Assembly: GCA_965204345.1 (NCBI GenBank)
Contig: OZ241981.1
Span: 576,001-640,000, forward strand
DNA from: Nitrosopumilus sp.
GTDB taxonomy: Archaea > Thermoproteota > Nitrososphaeria > Nitrososphaerales > Nitrosopumilaceae
Length of the DNA stretch: 64,000 bases
Direction of reading: 5' to 3'
The notes beneath the pieces were generated by a model. The model had not been told where the DNA came from, made no database searches, and was given only the letters and a program-made list of their open reading frames with translations. The position numbers and the translations under genes were made by a program. This document shows, piece after piece, positions 28,256-37,100 of this stretch (its first letter is position 1; each line of letters opens with the position of its first letter).

Positions 28256-29968
28256 CTAGGAAGGTAGTATCATATCCGATAAAGAGGTTCCAGGAGCTAC
28301 AAATGGCAGTACGTCTTCTTCTGAATCAATGGGAATGTCAATTACTGTTGCAACATCGCTGCCTAGCGCAGTCTTAATTGCCTTCTCAAGTTCATCCATA
28401 GACTGTGCCCGAATTCCTTGTGCACCGTACGACTCGGCTAGTTTAACATAATCAGGACAGCTTTGCTGATCCACACCAATCATTCTTCGATCATAAAAAG
28501 TTCTCTGCCATTGAGCCACCATTCCCAATGAAGAATTGTTTAAGAGAAATACAATAACTGGAATATCCTCCAATACTGCAGTTGCAAGAGAGTTTTCAGT
28601 CATACTGAAACTCCCATCACCTGCAATATCTACAACCGGAACATCAGGTCTTGCCACCTTGGCACCAATGGCTGCAGGGAATCCCCAGCCCATAGTACCA
28701 AGTCCAGTAGAGCTAAAGAAGGTGCCAGGCTGAATGACGTCATAAAATAAAGAGGCCCACATTTGATGCTGTCCTACCTCAGTAGTTACGACGGATTCTT
28801 TAGGCAACAACTCACGAAGTTTACGTAAAATTTTAGCAGCGCCCATTTCGCCAGGATGAAGTTTCAGGTTCTCCTTCCAGTAGGCCTTGGTCTCTTTTAC
28901 ATGTTTGACCCAAGGGGTCTCTTCTGATTTTTTGATGGCTCGCTGTAAAAGCAGCTTTACCATTATTCGTAATGATGCACGGACATCGCCAACTACTGCA
29001 ACTTGGGCAGTCTGATTTTTACCAATCTCGGCAGGATCAACATCCATGTGAATAATTTTCAATCTTTTCTCAAACGCCTCAAATGTTCCAACAGATCTGT
29101 CAGAAAACCTAGTTCCTATGGCTAAAACACAGTCAGCTTCGGTCATCATTTTGTTAGCCTCTGCATGGCCATGCATTCCAATTGGACCCAAGGACAAAGG
29201 ATGGGTTTCTGGAAATGCGCCCTTGCCTTTGAAGGTTGTAACAACAGGCAGCATAAGCGTTTCAGCAACGGATTGCAATTCTGCAAAGGCCGATGAAATA
29301 ATCGTACCCCCGCCAGCTAGGATAATAGGTTTTTCAGCATGAAGCAGCATATCAATTGCTCTTTGAACGTTGACAATGTCAGGATCAGCCCAAGGATGAT
29401 AGCCTTGAATTTTAAATTCGTCAGGAAAAATCATTTCTGCTTCGTTGGTTTGAACATCTTTTGGAATGTCAATTAATACAGGCCCAGGCCTTCCGGTTTC
29501 TGCAATAAAAAATCCCTTTTTGACAACTTCGGGAACCTCAGCAGCAGTTCTTGGCTGAAATGCATACTTTACAACAGGGTTTGCCATCCCAATAATATCG
29601 CTTTCTTGAAATGCATCCTTTCCAATCATGTTGACAGAGACCTGTCCGGTTACGGCAACCATGGGAGCAGAATCGGCTTGTGCAGTTGCAATTCCAGTCA
29701 GGATGTTAGTGGCACCAGGCCCAGAAGTGGCAAAACACACCCCGGGTTTTCGACTTACCCTGCCAAAACCATCAGCCATATGAGCTGCGGATTGCTCATG
29801 CCTTACCAAAATATGTCTAATATCACAGCGTGCAAATTCATCATACATTGGGAGGTTTGCACCGCCAGGCAATCCAAACACTTGTCTGACGCCTTCCTTC
29901 TCCATAGCCGTCATCAGGGCCTTTGCACCAATCATGTTTTCCATTTTATTCATCAAATTTCTCTCCAT
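28256..29968 (-). CDS. ilvB: Acetolactate synthase large subunit (true start may be 29953 or 29944)
   Basis: FGLPGGA, RHEQ, TSGPGATN, GRPGPV, GQHQMW and GDGSF...NN ThDP-binding motif. Confidence 0.96.
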   Translation of the reverse strand: MERNLMNKMENMIGAKALMTAMEKEGVRQVFGLPGGANLPMYDEFARCDIRHILVRHEQSAAHMADGFGRVSRKPGVCFATSGPGATNILTGIATAQADSAPMVAVTGQVSVNMIGKDAFQESDIIGMANPVVKYAFQPRTAAEVPEVVKKGFFIAETGRPGPVLIDIPKDVQTNEAEMIFPDEFKIQGYHPWADPDIVNVQRAIDMLLHAEKPIILAGGGTIISSAFAELQSVAETLMLPVVTTFKGKGAFPETHPLSLGPIGMHGHAEANKMMTEADCVLAIGTRFSDRSVGTFEAFEKRLKIIHMDVDPAEIGKNQTAQVAVVGDVRASLRIMVKLLLQRAIKKSEETPWVKHVKETKAYWKENLKLHPGEMGAAKILRKLRELLPKESVVTTEVGQHQMWASLFYDVIQPGTFFSSTGLGTMGWGFPAAIGAKVARPDVPVVDIAGDGSFSMTENSLATAVLEDIPVIVFLLNNSSLGMVAQWQRTFYDRRMIGVDQQSCPDYVKLAESYGAQGIRAQSMDELEKAIKTALGSDVATVIDIPIDSEEDVLPFVAPGTSLSDMILPS

Positions 29969-29997
29969 AATTTTAAGCTAGTATAACAGAGTACACT

Positions 29998-30057
29998 CTA
30001 AAGAAAAACAACCACCGGCAATACATTGCCAAGTCTTCCTGTAAATTTTCTGCTCAT
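29998..30057 (-). promoter_or_regulatory. Putative Val/Leu-rich leader peptide (uORF) MSRKFTGRLGNVLPVVVFL* of the ilvBN-leuAB operon
   Basis: ATG at 30057, TAG at 29998-30000, ending ~30 nt before ilvB; 6 of the last 8 codons are Val/Leu; contains a hairpin and a U-tract. Confidence 0.55.
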
Positions 30058-30086
30058 TGAAATCAAAAAAAATAATCAATTAATAA

Positions 30087-30094
30087 TTAATAAA
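30087..30094 (-). promoter_or_regulatory. TATA box (TTTATTAA) for the leader-ilvB transcript
   Basis: Same octamer as the giant-gene promoters, 30 nt upstream of the uORF ATG. Confidence 0.55.
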
Positions 30095-30176
30095 GATTCT
30101 CAGAAAAATAATCGAGGGTTAGCCTCAATTATACAAAGACTTAAACCGATATTTTCCATATTTGAAATGAACCATT

Positions 30177-30581
30177 TTGGGCGATAATGAGGAAATAATC
30201 AAAACTGTTGAGGCATTATTTCAAGCAGGAGTAACCAAGGATCTAACAGCGTTAAAAAAAATTCACCTAAATGATTCCAAGTTTTCAAGTTTTAGTGATT
30301 TGCCGCCATATGATCTCAAAGACTATCAGACCACAATAGAGCTTGAGGAATTGCGATTTGTGAGCATATCAGATTATACATATGAGATAAAAAATCCAAA
30401 AATCAGCGTATTTGGAGACACGGCAGTTGTAGCTTTGGAATTAATTCAAAAAGGAATGCTAGTGGATAACAAGGCATTCACAGGAGAGCACATGATAATT
30501 ACCGGTAGAGCAACTTTTGTTCTAGTAAGGCAGCCAACATGGAAAATTGCACACATTCACTTGTCAAAAATTGACAGTTGA
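30177..30581 (+). CDS. NTF2/SnoaL-like fold protein
   Basis: ISVFGDTAVV..GRATFVLV..WKIAHIHLS pattern; TTG start. Confidence 0.8.
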   Translation: MGDNEEIIKTVEALFQAGVTKDLTALKKIHLNDSKFSSFSDLPPYDLKDYQTTIELEELRFVSISDYTYEIKNPKISVFGDTAVVALELIQKGMLVDNKAFTGEHMIITGRATFVLVRQPTWKIAHIHLSKIDS

Positions 30582-30584
30582 GTT

Positions 30585-31865
30585 TTATTCCGGGTTGGGT
30601 TTTGGGTTATCGCTTGGTTTGTCTTGACTAGGATTGTTTTGTGGTTTTGGTTGGTTGTTTGATGTGTCTTGACTGGGATTGTTTTGTGGTTTTGGTTGGT
30701 TGTTTGATGTGTCTTGACTGGGATTGTTTTGTGGTTTTGGTTGGTTGTTTGATGTGTCTTGACTGGGATTGTTTTGTGGTTTTGGTTGGTTGTTTGATGT
30801 GTCTTGACTGGGATTGTTTTGTGGTTTTGGTTGGTTGTTTGATGTGTCTTGACTGGGATTGTTTTGTGGTTTTGGTTGGTTGTTTGATTTGTTCTGATTG
30901 TTTGGCTTGTTCTGATTGTTTGGCTTGTTCTGATTGTTTGGTTTGTTCTGATTGTTTGGTTTGTTCTGATTGTTTGGTTTGTTCTGATTGTTTGGTTTGT
31001 TCTGACTAGGATTGTTTTGTGGTTTCTTGTGATTGTTTGATTTATTCTGATTGGGATTGTTTCTTGGTTTCTTTTTTGATTCTTGACTAACCAATGTTTG
31101 GTATAATTTGAAGGCTTGATCAACATTTTGATTTTGGTGAACAATTGCTCTGACTGCCTTTATCATGGAAACAGGGTGTTCTGACTGCCAGATGTTTCTA
31201 CCCATATCTACACCTACAGCTCCACATTTGATTGCATTGTATGTTAATTGCAATGCCTCACGTTCTGAAATCTTTTTTCCACCTGCAACTATTATTGGGA
31301 CAGGACAAGATTGAACCACTTTTTCAAAATTATCACAATAGTAAGTTTTGACAACATGTGCACCTTGTTCAGCTGCTATCCTACACGCCAATGAAAGATA
31401 CCTTGCATCTTTGCCAAGTTCTTTTCCAACTGCAGTGACTGCCAGTACGGGCAGCCCGTATTTTTCAGCTTCGCTGACAAGTCTTCCAAGATTTACAATA
31501 GTCTGATATTCATATTTTGCACCAACAAAAATGGACATGGCAAGAGCGCTAGCATTTAGTCGGATTGCATCTTCAATGGATACGGTAATGTCTTCTTGAG
31601 ATAAATCACCTCCAATAATACTAGAACCGCCAGAAACTCTCAAAACCATAGGAGTATCAGTTGTTGCAGGTACAGATGATCTTTGAACGCCTCTTGTGAC
31701 CATTAAGGAATCACAATATTGCAAGAGGGGCTCGACTACTTTTTTAGGATTTTCTAATTTTTCAGTCGGACCAAGAAAATATCCATGGTCTACTGCCAGC
31801 ATTAATGCACGGCTATTTCGTGGTTTAATGATTCTAGCAAGCCTGTTTTTTAATCCCCAATCCAT
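30585..31865 (-). CDS. lsrF: LsrF-like class I aldolase/thiolase with a long N/Q/K/P repeat tail
   Basis: MDWGLKNRL, LAVDHGYFLGP, RIAAEQGA..VKTYY, VAGGKK, GVDMGRNIWQ; ~165-aa low-complexity C-terminus. Confidence 0.85.
   Translation of the reverse strand: MDWGLKNRLARIIKPRNSRALMLAVDHGYFLGPTEKLENPKKVVEPLLQYCDSLMVTRGVQRSSVPATTDTPMVLRVSGGSSIIGGDLSQEDITVSIEDAIRLNASALAMSIFVGAKYEYQTIVNLGRLVSEAEKYGLPVLAVTAVGKELGKDARYLSLACRIAAEQGAHVVKTYYCDNFEKVVQSCPVPIIVAGGKKISEREALQLTYNAIKCGAVGVDMGRNIWQSEHPVSMIKAVRAIVHQNQNVDQAFKLYQTLVSQESKKKPRNNPNQNKSNNHKKPQNNPSQNKPNNQNKPNNQNKPNNQNKPNNQNKPNNQNKPNNQNKSNNQPKPQNNPSQDTSNNQPKPQNNPSQDTSNNQPKPQNNPSQDTSNNQPKPQNNPSQDTSNNQPKPQNNPSQDTSNNQPKPQNNPSQDKPSDNPKPNPE
30621..31005. repeat. 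Compound coding VNTR: six 45-bp units (30621-30888) and six-plus 18-bp units (30889-31005)
   Basis: Units GTCTTGACTGGGATTGTTTTGTGGTTTTGGTTGGTTGTTTGATGT and TTGTTCTGATTGTTTGGY, encoding NNQPKPQNNPSQDTS and NNQNKP. Confidence 0.95.
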
Positions 31866-31910
31866 ATTGCTTCGATTTTGAAAGAATGAAAATCCCTTCT
31901 TAAGCCTTTC

Positions 31911-32939
31911 TTATCTTGTAATAATGATTTTCATTGCGTTGCTACCACTATGTGCATGATCAAATGCTTTTTGAGAGTCAGAAATGGAATAAGTGTGAGT
32001 GATAAGCTGTTTGACATCAACTTGAGAGGACTCTATCAAGTGTAATGCTTCTTTAGTATCAGCATCAGATGCAGCATAACTAGTTACCAGAGTAATTTCT
32101 TTGGAATATATTTTACTCATATTCAAATCCAGTTTTGCACCTTTTGAAGGAACGCCAAACATCACCACAGAGCCGCCTTTTCGGACCATATCAAAGGCAT
32201 CCTCTAATGCTTTGAGGCTGCTAGTAGCCACAATTGCCACATCCACACCCTGTCCATCAGTATTATCCAAAATCTTTTGTTTTCTGTTTTCATCCATAGA
32301 GTTGATGGATTCAGTTATGTTGAAGCTTTTGGCAAATTCCAGTCTAAAATCATTAACATCAAAACAGAAGATTTTTGAGAATTTTTTAGCATGTGCCAAC
32401 ATCACATGCATCATTCCAGTGGGACCAACCCCAAAAATGGCAGCAGAGTCATGTTCTTGGTAAGAGAATTTAGTCCAAGTTCGAACACAGCATGCCAATG
32501 GTTCAATCATTGCAGCTTCCTCATAACTAAGGGAATCAGAAATTTTTAAGATGCCGCCATGAGAGACACTCCAAGAGGGAACAACATATTCTTCTGATAA
32601 TCCGCAAGGATTTAGATTGGTTTGAGAATATTTTTGACACATTGTTTCGTTTCCATGGTTGCACAAATGACAATCATAGCAAGGAACATGATGGTGAGTA
32701 AATACCCTATCGCCTTTTTTAAATTCAGTTACACCAGAACCCACGTCTAAAATAATTCCAGAAGGCTCATGGCCTAAACGCATTGATGATTTACCATATT
32801 GACCAAAGACTTTTTCCAAATCAGAGCCACAGATTCCGCAAGCTTGCATCTGAACTAAAACATCACCTGCTTGCAGGGAGGGTTTGTCTGTTTCATCTAC
32901 AGAAATTACAGATGGCCCTTTAACGGATGCGGTTTTCAT
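31911..32939 (-). CDS. Zinc-dependent medium-chain dehydrogenase (sorbitol/threonine dehydrogenase-like)
   Basis: CGICGSD, GHE, C..C..C...C structural Zn site, EPLAC, GVGPTG motifs. Confidence 0.9.
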   Translation of the reverse strand: MKTASVKGPSVISVDETDKPSLQAGDVLVQMQACGICGSDLEKVFGQYGKSSMRLGHEPSGIILDVGSGVTEFKKGDRVFTHHHVPCYDCHLCNHGNETMCQKYSQTNLNPCGLSEEYVVPSWSVSHGGILKISDSLSYEEAAMIEPLACCVRTWTKFSYQEHDSAAIFGVGPTGMMHVMLAHAKKFSKIFCFDVNDFRLEFAKSFNITESINSMDENRKQKILDNTDGQGVDVAIVATSSLKALEDAFDMVRKGGSVVMFGVPSKGAKLDLNMSKIYSKEITLVTSYAASDADTKEALHLIESSQVDVKQLITHTYSISDSQKAFDHAHSGSNAMKIIITR

Positions 32940-32971
32940 AGTACAGTATTACAAGTATGATTATAAGTAGA

Positions 32972-33265
32972 TTATACGCCGAGGATTTTCTTTAGCATGA
33001 CTCTGTAGTCAACCTCACTTTTTTCACTTCCGGCTGCTGGCAATGCAAATACCAGAGTAGATTTTTCAGCCCTTAGGGCAGTTAATTCATCATTGATAGA
33101 TTCGGTAATATCATCACTTACCAGGATCAGACCGACATCAGAATCATCAGTTAGTGTTTTAATTTCTTGTAAAGCATTTTGTGGATTCTCAGAGATTTTT
33201 CCAGGTATGCCAGCTAATTGAAAGCTAGTTACAAAGGATTTACTGCCAATAGTGAATATTTTCAC
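32972..33265 (-). CDS. atpF: A/V-type ATP synthase subunit F (orphan, outside the atp operon)
   Basis: KIFTIG..FVTSFQLAGI, DVGLILV, MLKKILGV motifs; likely GTG start at 33265. Confidence 0.85.
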   Translation of the reverse strand: MKIFTIGSKSFVTSFQLAGIPGKISENPQNALQEIKTLTDDSDVGLILVSDDITESINDELTALRAEKSTLVFALPAAGSEKSEVDYRVMLKKILGV

Positions 33266-33352
33266 AGTTATGAATTCTGATTGTTCTAATTTAACCCTTT
33301 TTGGAGGCATAAGATCAGGAAGGTTGATTTAGTTTAGAAAATCAGGTAACTT

Positions 33353-33652
33353 ATGGCAGAAATTGATATTCAGAGAGTTGTCTATTTGTTCCTACATGGA
33401 AAAATGGATCTTAAGGAAAAAGCAACAGACGCACTAGTTGCAAAAGGATTTGCAGCAGATAAGGTAATCATGGCCTCGCCAACCAAAGTTGGAAACGTGG
33501 GAGATTACATGGCAATGTTATGGATGCCTCCAAACCCGGATCACATAAAAATTCAGCAAATTACCAAAGTTGAAGAGGTAGAACCAGAAGGAATGATTGG
33601 TCTTTGGAAAGGGGTTTCAAAAGATGATATTGACACGGCACCATTGGAATGA
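33353..33652 (+). CDS. Hypothetical protein (99 aa)
   Basis: Clean ATG ORF with typical codon usage. Confidence 0.75.
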   Translation: MAEIDIQRVVYLFLHGKMDLKEKATDALVAKGFAADKVIMASPTKVGNVGDYMAMLWMPPNPDHIKIQQITKVEEVEPEGMIGLWKGVSKDDIDTAPLE

Positions 33653-33653
33653 A

Positions 33654-33908
33654 TTAACTGAATCCGGCACCAAATTCGTTACCTTTTTCCAATACATCCC
33701 CAGAATCAGAATTTTTTAATTTTCTATACAGCAATGTTTCATAGACTAGCTTCATAGCTTCTTCATCATCATCAAGGGCACAATCTTCTTTGATCAGATC
33801 TTTGTATTTTTCTAACTTTGCAACATCCTGTTCGTCAGGAGAAATATTATCATGCAGCATTATGTTTGCAATTTTTTCTATTTCAAAATTTTGTTGGTCA
33901 TCATTCAT
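33654..33908 (-). CDS. Acidic hypothetical protein (84 aa)
   Basis: Clean ATG ORF; AT-rich TATA-like region ~25 nt upstream. Confidence 0.72.
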   Translation of the reverse strand: MNDDQQNFEIEKIANIMLHDNISPDEQDVAKLEKYKDLIKEDCALDDDEEAMKLVYETLLYRKLKNSDSGDVLEKGNEFGAGFS

Positions 33909-33948
33909 AACTATTCATATAATTTCTAGTTATTAACACATTCTAATT

Positions 33949-34038
33949 AATAATTACAAGTCAGAGATCAGCCCAGAAAGAAACATTTGAAATTCATCAT
34001 CATTAAAAGTAATCGTTTCAAATTTATTTTCACTCCTA
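33949..34038 (-). pseudogene. 3'-terminal remnant of the SWIM zinc-finger gene
   Basis: 85/90 nt identical to 6330-6419; translates RSENKFETITFNDDEFQMFLSGLISDL*; no start codon or SWIM motif. Confidence 0.88.
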
Positions 34039-34075
34039 AAGGAAAATATCTTTCTAGTTTGATTAATCAGAAATG

Positions 34076-34095
34076 CCTGTAAAATAGCAAAGAAT
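34076..34095 (-). terminator. Conserved U-rich 3' element downstream of giant gene 2
   Basis: Identical to 7054-7073. Confidence 0.45.
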
Positions 34096-34112
34096 AACAA
34101 AAAAATAATAAT

Positions 34113-37100
34113 CTAGCCCAACGGAATCTCTACTGTCTGTGTCAGTGTTCCCTGCTCAACGCCGTTGGTGCTAACGCTGATTGCGTTGCCGCCCTGCTGG
34201 ATGCCTCTCAAGGAGTTGACCTGCTCATCAGTGTGTGTAAACTGTACAAAGACGTTCAGGTCATCATTGCTGTCTTCCCTGCCATACCTGTCTGGGAATG
34301 CTATGGTAGTCACGGTTTGTCCTGAGATTCCAAGTTCCTTTTCTGCAAACATGTCTGGTACTGACTGCAACACCATGTATTGCGTTAGTGTCTTACCGGT
34401 ATCCTCGTTTGTAAATTCAATGTTGGTATTTAGGAATTCTTTGAGCACGTCTGGCAGGTCAACCTGTGTTGATCTGTCGTTGATTTTCATGCCTGATTTT
34501 TGAGATACTGCCACGTTTGCATCCTCAGATGCAATTGCAATTTCAGCAGATGTTGGAACTATAGTCCTGCTTCCGTCTCCTGCAACAATCTCAATTGTGT
34601 CACCGCCCAAGAGAACGCCCCTCATGGAGTTGACCATATCATCAGAGGATGATATCTGCAAGAAGAGGTTTGCATTGTTGTTGCTCTCCTCTGAATCTGG
34701 CCTGTCAGTTAGTGCAACGGTGGTAACTGTCTGTCCGCTGACTCCCAGTACAACTAGGGCATATTTGTCAGGGTTTGATTGCAGTGTCTGGAAATCAGTG
34801 AGTTTCATACCAGTGTTATCATTTGTAATATCAGTAAAGTCAGCAAGGAACTTGCGGACTGGCTCAGGTGTTTGTACCGGGGCCAGGCCAGGTATCGGTA
34901 CTGTTGGGAGATCAGTCATGGTGTCAGTTGGCAAATCTGCTTTAGAAGAGGGCTGGTCAGGTGTTACAACTGCACTGCCACCGGCAATAACAGGTGAGGA
35001 TGACTCGTATGTTTTTACAGATACAGAGCCAGAACATTCGGTGATGTTAAGTGACTTTGAATCAGTGGATATTCCTCTTGATATAATATTTTCCACTTGT
35101 ACGTGTACAAATGACTCGTTTGGTGAGAGGTTTGCATCAAATGAAATTCTTCCAGGATAGGACTGGTCATCAGAGCGTTCTGCCGTGATTATGCCGGCGT
35201 TGGTTCTAAGTTTTACAAACAGATTGTCAGTTACAGGACCAGCTATGACATTGATTGTGTTTGCCTCGCAGACATCCCATTGTACGTCGTACAAAACAGC
35301 TCCAGAGACACTGCCTGCAATAGATGAGCTGCCAGATGGAAGGGAGGAGCTACCGCCGCCACCGCCACCGCCACCGCCACCGCCACCGCCACCGCCACCG
35401 CCACCGCGGCTACTAGAAGGTGTGGATGGTGTAGGGTCTACAGAACCTATAGAGAATGAGCCAAATGAGCTAAAGTGCGTGGTCCAGATGATCATATCAG
35501 AGCCGTCACGAACAAAACATGATTCCAGTGTAGTGCCAGCTTCAAGATTAGTATTGGCAGTAGCCTGATTGACAGGAACAAATGGACATACAACTAGTGG
35601 TCGTGACTCTACAACGCCATCAGCGTTTTCTCCTTGGAAGAAGGCACCATCACGGCTTGCTTGGTCAGGCAATAGTAGCCTGACTGCCTGATCAAATGTT
35701 AATCTAGTGTTGCCATCACCAACTGAGAATGCCAGTCCTATCTCATCATTTGAGGTTGGAGGAGTAGCAGCATTAGTAGAAAGAGATGGAACTGTAATGG
35801 TACCATCCCAGTCATCAGATGAGCCGCTTACAACTATACCTGCAGGATAAGTGACAGTTACTGTTTGAGAATCAGAGACAGCAGAAGTAACTTTAGCTGG
35901 AGAATCAGAGATTCTCACACTCTTTACTCCGTTTGCACTATCATCAGCAAATGTTGGAGCGGTATTAAATTTAAGCAGTTGTCCATCAGTGGCGATAATT
36001 GTTTCAGGTAATGTATCATATATTACATTGAGGGTGATCAAATTTGAAGATGGTATATAGGTTATTACGCCATCAACGCCTCCAAGAGGGATATCGGCCT
36101 CAATGGCATCTCCAGTAGTGTTGATGGTAACGGTAACTGAATTAGATGTCTCGTTGGGGTTGCCTGCTGAATCTGCTGCCACATTTGCATTTATTGATAC
36201 GGTCACTGTTCCGTCTGTAGAGCCCCGAGCCACATCAAAGGTGTATGTGCTGGCATCAACTGTTACAAAGTTGGTTGCTGCCGGAGCATCGCCGTTGGCA
36301 GTGCCAGTTACTGTAATGTCATCTAGGACAAAGTTTCTAACGTCCTCGCTAAAGGTTGCAGTAAATGTTACGGGATCATCACCGGTAGTGGTGCCATCGG
36401 GAGGCGTGATGGATACTGTTGGGTTTACCATGTCCACGGTAATAATATGTACAGCATCTGTGTTGTCCTCTACTACCGCACCCTCAGGTATGGTTACTGT
36501 CAGCTCACCCTCTGTGGCGATGCCGTGTGTTACTGTAAAGTCATATTGGGTACCACTAGTTCCAGTAAAAGTAGTTATCAGGCTATCAGATACTTCAGTT
36601 CCGTTAATTGTCACGACAATATCAGATTGCTCAAATCCTGTGACATCCTCGCTAAAGGTTGCAGTAAATGAGATGGCCTCAGAGTTGGTAGGATCAGATG
36701 CACCTGTGCTCAGGGATACGTATGGGACAGTGGTGTCTACGGTGACGGTAACTGGGGCAGATGCGGTGTTGGGGTTGCCTGCAAGATCTGTTGCTACGTC
36801 TGCTGCTATGGATGGAATTACGGTTCCGTCTGATGAGCCCCGAGCAACATCAAAGGTGTATGTGCGGGCATTAACTGTTGCAAAGTTGGATGCTATAGGA
36901 TTGGTGCCGTTTGCTGTGCCTGTTACTGTAATGTCTCCTAGTTCAAAGTTCTGAACATCCTTGCTAAATGTTACTGTAAATGGTACCGTATCAAGTCCGG
37001 TGCTGCTGCCAATAGATGAACTGACAGAGACAGTTGGGGCAATGGTGTCTATTGTAACGGTAATTTGAGCAGATGCCTCATTGGAGTTGCCTGCTGCATC

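Noticed and set aside
30621-31005. Regular short repeats resembling a CRISPR array
   Set aside because: Head-to-tail tandem units with no unique spacers, in frame within lsrF; no cas genes in the window.
30557-31144. Alternative-frame ORFs (195 aa minus, 122 aa plus) over the VNTR
   Set aside because: By-products of stop-free repeat units whose lengths are multiples of three.
32972-33265. ATPase subunit F outside the atp operon as a novelty
   Set aside because: To my knowledge a dispersed atpF is usual in this lineage.
6330-34038. 90-bp repeats as attL/attR of a 27.7-kb integrated element
   Set aside because: The interval holds core genes (ilv/leu, atpF) and no integrase; cassette duplication explains it better.
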